The notes under the pieces: model-generated
Databases searched by the model: none
Told to the model about the DNA's origin: nothing
The model's input: only the letters and a program-made list of their open reading frames with translations
Made by a program: the position numbers and the translations under genes
From: Candidatus Zambryskibacteria bacterium RIFOXYC1_FULL_39_10
GTDB lineage: Bacteria; Patescibacteriota; Minisyncoccia; Phycocordibacterales; WO2-35-19
NCBI GenBank assembly: GCA_001824275.1
Contig: MHWW01000002.1
Span: forward strand, 13,266-77,265
Length of the DNA: 64,000 nt
Reading direction: 5' to 3'
Shown: positions 1 to 11,504 of the stretch, piece after piece
How positions within the stretch are numbered: position 1 is the stretch's first letter
Layout: every line of letters begins with the position of its first letter

Positions 1-258
1 TTTATCAATTTCTTCCAGAAACTTACGGCCATTTCTTTCACCAGGACTTTCCAGATGAACCACGGTGTAGGACTTGCCCTCTGACCAACGGGCATGAGAA
101 ACAACGAATCCGAAAGGAAGACCATCCAGGTCGATTATCGTGCCAGCCGATGGACAGAAAGTCATTTCGACTTCTTTGGTAAAAACTCCACCAAGTCTGT
201 TGGTGATACCACCCGATGGTGCTGTAACAAAAATGTCTACTGCAAACATCACTTTCAT
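1..258 (-). CDS. Partial CDS (N-terminal part only; the 3' end runs off the window start). Hypothetical protein beginning MKVMFAVDIFVTAPSGG. This frame is not in the ORF track.
   Basis: ATG at 256-258 on the minus strand is preceded by a strong SD-like GGAGGTGA about 8 nt upstream. The frame stays open to position 1 and the translation is protein-like (MKVMFAVDIFVTAPSGGITNRLGGVFTKEVEMTFCPSAGTIIDLDGLPFGFVVSHARWSEGKSYTVVHLESPGE...). The listed ORFs 38..274 and 94..384 look like junk by comparison. Confidence 0.45.
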   Translation of the reverse strand, partial: MKVMFAVDIFVTAPSGGITNRLGGVFTKEVEMTFCPSAGTIIDLDGLPFGFVVSHARWSEGKSYTVVHLESPGERNGRKFLEEIDK

Positions 259-394
259 TTCTCTTCACCTCCACTTATATCAAATCATATTTTGGTAAAA
301 ATAGCAAGCCAGAGGGTAATTATGAAAAAATTAAATAATAGAGAATTCTTTGCCCGTTCGATTCGCTACGCTCTCTCAGGATAAAGAGTGCTAA

Positions 395-1078
395 TTATAT
401 TATAGCGAACTCCTTAAACACTGTCTCGTAGAGAGAGATGATGCGGCGGATTTCGCGTTGATTCACCATGAAGTTTTGACCTTCGTGGGCGATCATATTT
501 CTAAATTTGTGAGCCTCCCAAGCATTGTCGATTGTATTGAAATCACTTTTTTCTACGGCCTTCAGCTTCTCCCCCATTGTATCCCCCGGCAACTGCAACT
601 TTTCTAAAAGTTCATCGAGCATAATGTCGGCTTCGATAATGGCTAATCGCCAATCAGAAGAATTGGTTGATTCGGAATTGGCTACAACCTTTTCCCATCT
701 TTCTTGTAATTTACTTTTGGCTACCTCAGTATCTGAAGAAGGGTCTTTCATGTCTTCGGGAAATAGTTTGGCTTTTTCAGCACGCCAGACGGCGTCAGCT
801 TTTTTGGTAAGAGTAAAAGTACCAATCGCCGCGGCGCCCGCTATCACAAACCCTAAAGTTTTGAAAAATTGAATATTATTTTTGAAAAAATCGTAAATCC
901 CACTTATCCTATAACCAAAAAATGTGAGATCGCCGGAAGTAAAAAGACGAAAGATGGCTGGGATGAGACTCCCCACGATTGCCAATATAAAAAGTAAAAT
1001 AACCAGACCTTCAACAATATCAAAGCTCCATCCGGCCGGCTTTTCTTTTGGTTTTTCTTTTTTATCTTTTGGGGGCAT
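395..1078 (-). CDS. Hypothetical membrane protein: Lys-rich N-terminus, two predicted TM helices, and an alpha-helical C-terminal domain containing an R-x4-H (RNMIAH) motif.
   Basis: ORF translation. Hydrophobic segments LVILLFILAIVGSLIPAIF and LGFVIAGAAAIGTFTL. No family recognised. Confidence 0.55.
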   Translation of the reverse strand: MPPKDKKEKPKEKPAGWSFDIVEGLVILLFILAIVGSLIPAIFRLFTSGDLTFFGYRISGIYDFFKNNIQFFKTLGFVIAGAAAIGTFTLTKKADAVWRAEKAKLFPEDMKDPSSDTEVAKSKLQERWEKVVANSESTNSSDWRLAIIEADIMLDELLEKLQLPGDTMGEKLKAVEKSDFNTIDNAWEAHKFRNMIAHEGQNFMVNQREIRRIISLYETVFKEFAII

Positions 1079-1124
1079 GAGTTAAATTTTCAATTTAGAA
1101 TTTTCAATTTAGAATTTTCAATTT

Positions 1125-2537
1125 TCAATTTTCATTTAAAAACTTTTTGCCAATTTCAAATAAAATATTTTCATTACTGTGCGATGACATTAATTGTACA
1201 CCAAGTGGCATATTATTGGTTCTGGATAATCCAAAAGGCAAGGAGATGGCGGGGCAACCTACGATGTTGGCAGCAACAGTAAAAACATCGGCCAAATAAT
1301 TTTCTAGCGGAGTTTTTTTCTCCCCTATTTTCCAAGCGGGAAACGGAGTGGTCGGAGTGAGGATAGCGTCAACCTTTCCAAATGCATCTTTAAATTCTTC
1401 GCTGATTTTTTTGCGAGCCTGCATCGCTTTACCATAATACGAATCATAATATCCAGCTGAAAGTATGTAGGTTCCTAAAATAATTCTCCTTCGAGCTTCA
1501 CTGCCAAAACCTTCACCACGACTTTTTTTGTAAACTTCTAAAAGATTTTCCCCTTCCACTGACAAACCATATTTAATGCCATCAAATCTGGCAAGGTTTG
1601 ACGAAACTTCGGCCGGCATCACGATGTAATAAACCGCAAGCGCCTTGTCTATATTTGGAAGTGAAATGTCTTGTATCTCATAACCCAGATTTTTAAGTTT
1701 TTTAACTGATTCTTCAATATTTTTCTTGGTGTCTGCATCAATGCCGTCGCCGTCTAAAATGTGATAAGGAACTCCTATTTTAAAATTTTCAATTTTCAAT
1801 TTAGAATTTTCAATGTCAATGCTTGTACTGTCCATCTTGTCTTTGCCTTTGATGGTGTTGAAGATAATTTCGGCGTCAGAAACGGTTTTGGTAATAGGCC
1901 CTATGACATCAAGGGACGAGCCCATAGCCATGAGCCCATAACGGGAAACACTACCGTAGGTCGGCTTAAGGCCCACCATTCCGCAGAAACTAGCCGGCTC
2001 CCTCACCGAGCCGCCTGTGTCAGACCCAAGGGCCCCTAGAGCCATATTTCCGGCCACAGAGGCCGCCGAACCGCCACTTGAGCCTCCAGAGACCCTAGTC
2101 GGATCTAGAGGGTTTTTGGTCACCCCAAAGGCTGAATTTTCGGTCGAACCGCCCATGGCAAATTCATCCATATTGGTGCGTCCTAAAAATATGGCATTTT
2201 GGTCTAAAAGTTTTTGGGCGGCAGTAGCAGTATAAATGGCTCTATAATTTTCTAAAATCTTAGAAGCTGAGCTGGCCTTTTTGCCTCTTATTAAAATATT
2301 ATCTTTGATAGCCAAAGGAATACCAGTCAGCTCCCCCGCACCACCTGCATCAATAACTTTTTGCGCCTCTTCAGCATTTTTCAAAACATCATCATAAACT
2401 TCCAAAAAAACATTGAGCTCTTTATTTTTATCATTTATATTTTCCAAATAAAATTTGGCAAGTTCAACAGCCCCAAGCTCTTTGGAATCTAAAAGTGTTC
2501 TAGCTTTTTGTATTGTTAAATTTGATAATTCTGACAT
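1125..2537 (-). CDS. gatA: Glu-tRNA(Gln) amidotransferase subunit A (amidase signature family).
   Basis: 470 aa with the Gly/Ser-rich amidase signature GGSSGGSAASVA and the catalytic region. gatC lies immediately upstream. Confidence 0.9.
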   Translation of the reverse strand: MSELSNLTIQKARTLLDSKELGAVELAKFYLENINDKNKELNVFLEVYDDVLKNAEEAQKVIDAGGAGELTGIPLAIKDNILIRGKKASSASKILENYRAIYTATAAQKLLDQNAIFLGRTNMDEFAMGGSTENSAFGVTKNPLDPTRVSGGSSGGSAASVAGNMALGALGSDTGGSVREPASFCGMVGLKPTYGSVSRYGLMAMGSSLDVIGPITKTVSDAEIIFNTIKGKDKMDSTSIDIENSKLKIENFKIGVPYHILDGDGIDADTKKNIEESVKKLKNLGYEIQDISLPNIDKALAVYYIVMPAEVSSNLARFDGIKYGLSVEGENLLEVYKKSRGEGFGSEARRRIILGTYILSAGYYDSYYGKAMQARKKISEEFKDAFGKVDAILTPTTPFPAWKIGEKKTPLENYLADVFTVAANIVGCPAISLPFGLSRTNNMPLGVQLMSSHSNENILFEIGKKFLNEN

Positions 2538-2578
2538 TGGAAATTTATTGAAAATTGTAAATTAAAAATTGAAAATTC

Positions 2579-2917
2579 TTACAGTATCTTCTTAACCTTC
2601 AAATATCCATTTTCTTTATTTGGAAATTCTCTTAAAACATCGTCGGTATAATTGCCCGACTCATTTGGGTTTTGGTCTTCTCTGAAAACATTCATAACGC
2701 CCCCCTTGAAAAGCTCCACGTTTTCGCTTTCCAACCCTCTTACAACAAGAGGGGGGTTCTCGGACACTTCATTTTCATCTGAATGAAAATTTTGAATGAT
2801 TTTCACATAATCCAAAATAGAGTCCATCTCATGAGCAAGACTTTCTACCTCTTTTTCTGGTATTTCTATCCTGGCCAAATCAGCCAATTTTATTATTTCT
2901 TCTTTGGTAATCGCCAT
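2579..2917 (-). CDS. gatC: Glu-tRNA(Gln) amidotransferase subunit C.
   Basis: Starts MAITKEEIIKLADLARIEIPEKE, a typical GatC N-terminus. Directly upstream of gatA. Confidence 0.8.
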   Translation of the reverse strand: MAITKEEIIKLADLARIEIPEKEVESLAHEMDSILDYVKIIQNFHSDENEVSENPPLVVRGLESENVELFKGGVMNVFREDQNPNESGNYTDDVLREFPNKENGYLKVKKIL

Positions 2918-3000
2918 GGTTCAATAATAACATTTATTTTACTGTTTTCCATTATTTGCAGAAACAAAAATTTAATCGTATAGTCTTTATGGAGATACCT

Positions 3001-5425
<2,425 letters not shown>

Positions 5426-5436
5426 CTATCACAAAT

Positions 5437-5955
5437 TTAATAAGTCACCTCGATGCCTCTCTCTACCCTCCTGGGATTGGTCATCTCGCAGGTGTTATAA
5501 CCGCGAGATTTGATATAGGTCATAAGATTTACGCCCGAATAATACTTTCTGACAGTCACCACTGCACAAGGTGATGAGACTACGGATTGATCCATTAAAA
5601 AACTAAAACGACTTGTCGGATCGCTATCTCCCCCTAATCCAATAAGTCCTTGTACGGTCGTTGTCCCATAAAGATTTTGCCCACTAACCACTCCACTGCC
5701 CGCACAATAAACAGTATTATCAAGAAGCAAAGGATGAGAAGAAGTTGAAAATGCATCGTATTTGGAATCCCAATAGAGAGCGCATTCCAGCCCGCTATCT
5801 GCGGCATAAAAAGCAAATTGAGAATCTCGGCCGGAAGTGGCAAAGAGAGAGCCTTTGATAGCGACATTTACTACAGCGAAACTGATAAACAGCAAAACTC
5901 CCATAATACTTACCGCTATAAATAATGTCATGCCTTTATTTTTTATCATATCCAA
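5437..5955 (-). CDS. Secreted or membrane-anchored hypothetical protein; possibly a divergent minor pilin-like protein lacking the canonical Glu5.
   Basis: N-terminus KGMTLFIAVSIMGVLLFISF resembles a prepilin N-terminus but has no E5. It sits at the distal end of the pilus gene cluster. Confidence 0.4.
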   Translation of the reverse strand: MDMIKNKGMTLFIAVSIMGVLLFISFAVVNVAIKGSLFATSGRDSQFAFYAADSGLECALYWDSKYDAFSTSSHPLLLDNTVYCAGSGVVSGQNLYGTTTVQGLIGLGGDSDPTSRFSFLMDQSVVSSPCAVVTVRKYYSGVNLMTYIKSRGYNTCEMTNPRRVERGIEVTY

Positions 5956-6512
5956 TCATGTAAGAGAGTTTTAAATTCAAAACTTCTTGTTATTATACCT
6001 TTGGTCCAATAAATTTTGACGGTGATTTTGATTTCATTTGGGTCTGTTGATGGCTCAATCTTTATTTCTCTTTTGAAATTAGTATTTGTGCCAGAAGTAT
6101 AGGAATACAAAAAAGTACTTTGATCTTGTTTTAAGACAGGACACGATTCCCAATTATCTCCACAAAGAGTCAAAGAATGCGCAACCACATCAGCTCGGCA
6201 AACCTTATTGGGCGGACAATTTGGAGCGTCAGTTATCCCAGATAGCCAACTATCTGCGCCGCCATTCATAAATACAAGTTGATTATTGTCTCTTTTATTT
6301 CTAATTAATTCTACCGCTTCTTGAGCTAAATAAAAGGCTTTGACTTCATCTTTGGCAATTATTGACTGGGATAGGCCTTGCTGGACGGCTGAAAAAGCAC
6401 CTGATATTGCAAGCGACAATATCATTACCGCCACAATAGATTCAAGCACCGTGAAGCCGCTCCGCGGATTTTTATTGAAAATTGAAAATTTAAAATTGAA
6501 AATTTTACTCAT
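5946..6512 (-). CDS. Prepilin-type N-terminal cleavage/methylation domain protein (pseudopilin or minor pilin).
   Basis: Has the G|FTVLESIVAVMILSLA motif. The roughly 19-aa leader is encoded by AATTTTCA-type tandem repeats. Confidence 0.7.
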   Translation of the reverse strand: MSKIFNFKFSIFNKNPRSGFTVLESIVAVMILSLAISGAFSAVQQGLSQSIIAKDEVKAFYLAQEAVELIRNKRDNNQLVFMNGGADSWLSGITDAPNCPPNKVCRADVVAHSLTLCGDNWESCPVLKQDQSTFLYSYTSGTNTNFKREIKIEPSTDPNEIKITVKIYWTKGIITRSFEFKTLLHDWI

Positions 6513-6513
6513 A

Positions 6514-7059
6514 TTATATATCTAGTTGTCTTTGGGACATTAAGGTTTGGATTGTAAATGAAGATTGAGTGGTAGCCTTATTGCCCACATAACCTTTTAT
6601 AACCGCAATTACATATGGCTGTTCGCCCCCAGTGTCGGAATCAAAAACATAAAATCTTAAGTATTGAATTTTTGTGTCTGGAGAAGTAATGTCCGAATAT
6701 GTAGAGCCCCCATTTTCTGATTTTTGAATAGGGTCATTTATCCCGCCGTTCCAGCGATATATTATCCTGGTGTTATTAAAAGTAATAGAAAGAGCATTCC
6801 CACCATTTGAACAATTGCTGGTGCTTGTCAAACCTGAAGAAATGCCACAATAATAACTACCTCCAAATCTTACATTGCGAGCCATACTCTCAATAGAAAG
6901 ATTGAGATTGTCTACCACGGTTTTAGTTGATTGTGCTCTTCTGTGAGCGTCAAAAATGCTGAGTACTGCTCCAATGGAAAAAGATGCAATAACTGTAAAA
7001 AGTGTCACCGCAATGATGAGCTCGACGAGAGTGAATCCTTTTTTAAATATATTTTTCAT
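6514..7059 (-). CDS. Pseudopilin / minor pilin.
   Basis: Starts MKNIFKKG|FTLVELIIAVTLF, a class III signal peptide. Confidence 0.75.
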   Translation of the reverse strand: MKNIFKKGFTLVELIIAVTLFTVIASFSIGAVLSIFDAHRRAQSTKTVVDNLNLSIESMARNVRFGGSYYCGISSGLTSTSNCSNGGNALSITFNNTRIIYRWNGGINDPIQKSENGGSTYSDITSPDTKIQYLRFYVFDSDTGGEQPYVIAVIKGYVGNKATTQSSFTIQTLMSQRQLDI

Positions 7060-7064
7060 TATGT

Positions 7065-7760
7065 TTATGGTTCTCCTTCACCTGTAGATATTTGACCGTT
7101 TTTTTCAACTTTTACAAAATAGACCTTACCTTTAGGTGATTTTAACAAAATTATAGCCGGAGGAACCTTGACCGAACCTTCTACAATTACATTGGCCGTA
7201 GATTCTGGTCGTAAAAATGATATATGTATCGCACTCATACTTTCACCAGTATCAAAAGCACATTTTTTTACACCACCACTATCATTGGCACAAAAATCAT
7301 CTATTATAACGCCTCTCTTTAAAAAAATTTCTGGTCCTACTTCATGATCCACACCTACCTCATATATTTTATCTCCATCCGCATCGGCAAAAAATATAAA
7401 TTTATCAATGGCACTATTACCATCAGCATCATTTACTTTCCTGATTGAAATACCATAGCCAACATTAAACTTATCGCCAGAACTCGATGTATCTTCTTTT
7501 ACTCCCAAACTATATATTTGAGCTTGGCGGATCATCAGGGCTAAATCATATGCCTGAGTGCTCACTGCTAAATTATCATTCCATTTAGCTTGTTGAAAAA
7601 CCAATGCAGTCGTTATGATGGTTGCAATAGTAATGACGACTATAAGCTCGGTTAGTGTAAACCCGGACACCAAAGATTTTGGTGTGTGGGTAAACCCCGC
7701 CTGCTTCGCAGGAATTTTCAATTTCCAATTTTCAATTTTTAATTTAAAAAAATAGTTCAT
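7065..7760 (-). CDS. Pseudopilin / minor pilin. The true start may lie downstream of the annotated ATG.
   Basis: Has SG|FTLTELIVVITIATII. The N-terminal 16 aa are encoded by an AATTTTCA repeat block. Confidence 0.65.
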   Translation of the reverse strand: MNYFFKLKIENWKLKIPAKQAGFTHTPKSLVSGFTLTELIVVITIATIITTALVFQQAKWNDNLAVSTQAYDLALMIRQAQIYSLGVKEDTSSSGDKFNVGYGISIRKVNDADGNSAIDKFIFFADADGDKIYEVGVDHEVGPEIFLKRGVIIDDFCANDSGGVKKCAFDTGESMSAIHISFLRPESTANVIVEGSVKVPPAIILLKSPKGKVYFVKVEKNGQISTGEGEP

Positions 7761-8562
7761 TTATGTGAAATAAGTCTTGACTCAAATAAAAACTGACGAT
7801 AATACCCAGAGAAAGGAAAGGTCCAAAAGGAATCTCTGATTTAATTGTAAGATTATTTTTAAGTAGAGGCAAACTAGTGTGCGATGCGATTTTCCTTAAG
7901 GCAAGCGCAGTCAGAGAAAAAGCAGCTCCAATCCAAAACGAGAGGACTACGGCCGATAAGCCTTGAGTAAAACCGAGGAAAAACCCGATTAACGCAATAT
8001 ACTTCACATCACCAAACCCAAGCCAGGTGCCCTTGGAAATGAGGAAGATGAGAAGGAAAGGAAGGGTAAGCAGAAGACCAGAAAGTAAAGATTGAAAGAT
8101 TGAAAGATTGAAAATTAAAATATATGAGAAAGAAAAAACAAACAAGACAGACAAAAAAGAGTCGGGAATGATGGAGTGTTTGAGGTCATAGACAGAAATC
8201 AAAAGAATGATAGAGAAAATAGACAAGATTATTAAAAGATTGAAAGATTGAAAGATTGAAAGATTTTCAAAAGACATTCCAGATTTAAAAAAGGCCAGCA
8301 CAGCCAATATCCCCATGAGTATTTCGACAAAAAAAGTCTCAATTGGGATTTTTGATTGGCAATATCGACATCGGCCTTTTAGAAAAAGAAATGAAAAAAT
8401 GGGAAATAAGTCGCCTTTTTTGAGCTGAGCATTGCAAGAAAAACAAATTGAGCGACCTTTGGTCCAAGGTAGCCCTGTGTTATAACGACTCCCAATTACA
8501 GCGACAAAACTGCCTAAACCTGCTCCAAACAAAAATATGAGTGTTAAGAAAAAATATGACAT
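7744..8562 (-). CDS. pilD: Prepilin peptidase (A24 family; N-terminal Cys-rich region followed by a membrane peptidase domain).
   Basis: Has CFSCNAQL...CRYCQSKIP zinc-finger-like pairs, then a polytopic membrane domain. Two in-frame GATTGAAA repeat blocks encode NLSIFQS(F/L). Confidence 0.8.
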   Translation of the reverse strand: MSYFFLTLIFLFGAGLGSFVAVIGSRYNTGLPWTKGRSICFSCNAQLKKGDLFPIFSFLFLKGRCRYCQSKIPIETFFVEILMGILAVLAFFKSGMSFENLSIFQSFNLLIILSIFSIILLISVYDLKHSIIPDSFLSVLFVFSFSYILIFNLSIFQSLLSGLLLTLPFLLIFLISKGTWLGFGDVKYIALIGFFLGFTQGLSAVVLSFWIGAAFSLTALALRKIASHTSLPLLKNNLTIKSEIPFGPFLSLGIIVSFYLSQDLFHINELFF

Positions 8563-8582
8563 TTATTGTTTATATAATAACA

Positions 8583-8608
8583 CAAAACCCCGCCATAGCG
8601 GGGTTTTG
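8583..8608 (-). terminator. Rho-independent terminator downstream of the major pilin gene.
   Basis: Hairpin CCCCGC-CATA-GCGGGG flanked by A4/T4 runs. On the minus strand the stem is followed by UUUUGUGUU. Confidence 0.7.
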
Positions 8609-8637
8609 ATGTTTTGTTTTAAGAAACCTTCAGCGAA

Positions 8638-9087
8638 TTAGTTACAGACAGTGTCGCCCGCAAGAAGAGGAGCATCTATAAATTTAGAAGCCCCCGTAGA
8701 GTCAACACACCAGTTGTCGTTGGTACCCGCTGTTGTTCCTGGCAACACTGCAGATACAGCATAAGTTGCCGGTGAGGCAATTGCGTGACATGCCAATGTG
8801 GCACCAGTTGGGTAATTTGCTTGTGTAGTGTATGTAGCCATACCGGAACCAGTGTCCGCAAACATTGCAGCTGTACATAAATCTGTAGTGGCTCCGTAAC
8901 TACCGTTTGTGTCATAATAAAGCTCTGCTGAAGCTCTAAGACCAGACAATTGAGCTTTGACTTTGGCATCATTGCCTCGGCCACGGGCTGTGTTTAAGGA
9001 AGCTAATACAACTGATGACAAGATACCAATAATTGCGATAACAACGAGAAGTTCAATAAGTGTGAATCCTTTTTTATTTTTAAACAT
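8638..9087 (-). CDS. pilA: Type IV major pilin (PilA-like).
   Basis: Starts MFKNKKG|FTLIELLVVIAIIGILSSVV. It has a strong terminator just downstream and a palindrome upstream. Confidence 0.85.
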   Translation of the reverse strand: MFKNKKGFTLIELLVVIAIIGILSSVVLASLNTARGRGNDAKVKAQLSGLRASAELYYDTNGSYGATTDLCTAAMFADTGSGMATYTTQANYPTGATLACHAIASPATYAVSAVLPGTTAGTNDNWCVDSTGASKFIDAPLLAGDTVCN

Positions 9088-9111
9088 TTTTTTAAATTGA
9101 AATTAACTAAT

Positions 9112-9129
9112 TTCTCTCTCGAGAGAGAA
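9112..9129 (-). promoter_or_regulatory. Perfect 18-bp palindrome (TTCTCTCTC-GAGAGAGAA) about 35 nt upstream of the pilA start codon. Candidate operator or 5'-UTR hairpin.
   Basis: Read directly from the sequence. Confidence 0.4.
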
Positions 9130-9279
9130 GCTTGATTTTGATCGACCTTATTTTTACCACTCAAGCCTTGATTAATATTATAAACAAAGGATATATTTTG
9201 TGTAAAGAATATGTGGATAACCCCCACACCTTTCATTTTATAAAAAATGATAGGTGTGGGGGCGGACCCCTTTAATCTC

Positions 9280-9807
9280 TTATTTCGTGCCTTGGACTAA
9301 GATAGAAATAGTGCGTTCCCTGTCGTGATCAAGCTCTACTAGCATTATTTGTTGCCACTGCCCTTTGAGTAATTTGCCATCTTTGACGATACAAGAGAGG
9401 CTTGGGTGAATCAAAAGAGCCTGAGCATGAGCGTGGCCGTTGATACATTCATGTATCACCCCGTTTTCATCAGGTTCACAAAGATGAGTATTGCGTTTAC
9501 CATTCTGATTTTGGGTATCACAAATATCATTGTGGTTGTATTCATTCATGGGGCTAGCAAAATTGTCCAAAATCTTTCGCAGATCCGCGGCATAACCGAG
9601 CTCCTCGGATGGGCCAATCAGGTTTTTTTCGTCTTCGTTTATCCAAACGCCACAAGTGGTATGGTGAGTTTGGATAGTCACTGTCCCCTGATTTACACCG
9701 GATTTGCTTATCGCCTCTTCAATATCGGGAGATATGTTGATGAAGTGGGCTCGGTATTTAGTTTTATACACGCGAGTATCCAAATATGATACAAATTCTT
9801 GATTCAT
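9280..9807 (-). CDS. YjbQ/UPF0047 family protein (annotated in databases as secondary thiamine-phosphate synthase-like), carrying a Cys/His-rich insertion.
   Basis: Family motifs HTTCGVWINEDE, LLKGQWQQIMLVELD and ERTISI. It has an extra segment, HNDICDTQNQNGKRNTHLCEPDENGVIHECINGHAH, not typical of the family. Confidence 0.6.
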   Translation of the reverse strand: MNQEFVSYLDTRVYKTKYRAHFINISPDIEEAISKSGVNQGTVTIQTHHTTCGVWINEDEKNLIGPSEELGYAADLRKILDNFASPMNEYNHNDICDTQNQNGKRNTHLCEPDENGVIHECINGHAHAQALLIHPSLSCIVKDGKLLKGQWQQIMLVELDHDRERTISILVQGTK

Positions 9808-9828
9808 ACAATGTAATTATAATTAAGA

Positions 9829-10278
9829 TTAAAATGGGCAGGCGGTTACAGAGTTGCCTATCTCTCCTGATACCGCACGAGAAGCCCCTTTACTATCTAC
9901 GCACCAATACTCATTGCCAGAGAAAAGAGTGGCCTTAATAGCAAAAGCATCCTTTTGTGAACCGCATTTTAGCTGAGTAAAGGTGGGCAAAATAGCAGGA
10001 TCAATGTAGCGGCCCGGAGCTCCATTGGCGGGTTCAAGATTAACAAAAATACCAGCAGTGCAAATATTGATGACATTATCGCTCTCTTCATATCCGCCAT
10101 TATTTAAATAATATATTTCTGCAGCAGTACGAAAGCTCGCGAGTTGCTGTGTGACTTTTGAATCATAGGCCCTTGCTCTCGATGTTGAAAGACTATTTAA
10201 AACAATAGTCGATAAAAGAGCAATGATAGTAATCACTATGAGTAATTCTACTAATGAAAATCCTAAATTTTTCTTCAT
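9829..10278 (-). CDS. Type IV pilin.
   Basis: Starts MKKNLG|FSLVELLIVITIIALLSTIVL. I chose the internal ATG at 10278; the ORF track starts at 10305. Confidence 0.8.
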   Translation of the reverse strand: MKKNLGFSLVELLIVITIIALLSTIVLNSLSTSRARAYDSKVTQQLASFRTAAEIYYLNNGGYEESDNVINICTAGIFVNLEPANGAPGRYIDPAILPTFTQLKCGSQKDAFAIKATLFSGNEYWCVDSKGASRAVSGEIGNSVTACPF

Positions 10279-10285
10279 ATTTATA

Positions 10286-11500
10286 TTATGACACGCCGCC
10301 GGCAATATTATAAATCGGCATTAATACCGAAGCCAAAAGGATACCCACGCCAATACCCAACGCCACAATCATAGCTGGTTCAATCATACTCACCAATGTG
10401 TCTACCGCCCCAATAACTTCTCTTTGATAAAACTTGGACATCGTTTTCAAAATATTACCCAATTCTCCAGACTCTTCTCCTGCTTTTATCATTTGAATCA
10501 AAACATTTGGGATTTCATCTCTGTCACCGAGCGCAACTGAAAGCGCTTGTCCGGCCTTAACTTTAGTCAAAGCTTCATCTAATACCTCTTTGTATATTTC
10601 ATTATCAATCACTGAAGATGTGACTTCAATTGCTTTGAGCATTGGAATACCTGAAAGAACCATCGTACTCATATTGTCAGAAAAACGGGAAAGATACAAT
10701 TTCCTATAAAGATCACCTACATAAGGCACATAAAGTCTGGCATTTGAAATCCATCTTCGTCCTTCGTTGGTGCTACTATACCAAAAAATTCCCCCAATCA
10801 AGGCGACCAACCCCATAATCATAAAAATCCAATTGTTTACAAACAAATCACTCACCCAAAACACCATTTTGGTATAAAAAGGTACTTCTTGTCCAGACTC
10901 TTTGATGATTAACCCAATCTTTGGCACAATCACTGTAAACATCAGGACCATCACTGCAATGAATGTGAAAATAACAAAGGCTGGATATATCAAAGCATTT
11001 TTAGCCTTGGAAGAAATCTCATAATTGCGGTCCATATAATCGGCTAGATACGCAAATGACTGATCAATATGACCAGACTCTTCTCCTGCCTTAATCATGT
11101 TGACATAAAAATCGGAAAAAATGTCAGGATGTTTAGCCAAAGCTCCGGAAATAGAAGATCCTCCTTGTAAATCATCTACAATTTGGAGCATATGCTTCCG
11201 AAGTGTAATATTTTCTGTTTCGGTACCAATTAGTCTAAAAATTTTTAAAGCTGAAACTTGCGCTTCAAATAGCGTAGACATTTGTCTGGAAAGAATCACT
11301 ATTTCTTTATTGGAAACTCGGTTTAAGAAAGGAATTTTTTTGAGAATGTCACCATCGTCGTTTTCATCTTTGGGTTTGACTGATGAGACCGCGAGCCCCC
11401 TCCTTTGAAGTGATGAAATAGCTGCGTCTATACTAAAAGCCTCAATTTCGCCCTCCTCTCTTTCTCCCTCTTTATTGATTGTCTTATATGAAAAAAGCAT
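10286..11500 (-). CDS. pilC: Type IV pilus platform protein PilC (GspF family).
   Basis: 404 aa with two T2SSF-like repeats and three TM segments. Confidence 0.85.
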   Translation of the reverse strand: MLFSYKTINKEGEREEGEIEAFSIDAAISSLQRRGLAVSSVKPKDENDDGDILKKIPFLNRVSNKEIVILSRQMSTLFEAQVSALKIFRLIGTETENITLRKHMLQIVDDLQGGSSISGALAKHPDIFSDFYVNMIKAGEESGHIDQSFAYLADYMDRNYEISSKAKNALIYPAFVIFTFIAVMVLMFTVIVPKIGLIIKESGQEVPFYTKMVFWVSDLFVNNWIFMIMGLVALIGGIFWYSSTNEGRRWISNARLYVPYVGDLYRKLYLSRFSDNMSTMVLSGIPMLKAIEVTSSVIDNEIYKEVLDEALTKVKAGQALSVALGDRDEIPNVLIQMIKAGEESGELGNILKTMSKFYQREVIGAVDTLVSMIEPAMIVALGIGVGILLASVLMPIYNIAGGVS

Positions 11501-11504
11501 GGTA

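Noticed and set aside
525-872. Plus-strand ORF antisense to the membrane-protein gene. The same applies to many other listed antisense ORFs, for example 1761-2039, 2017-2235, 3492-4016, 8676-8984, 13014-13453, 14115-14504, 36909-37259, 42260-42466, 47348-47770, 58356-58868, 59369-59551 and 60915-61472.
   Set aside because: They lie wholly inside strongly supported genes on the opposite strand, have low-complexity or biased composition typical of antisense frames, and have no SD or promoter.
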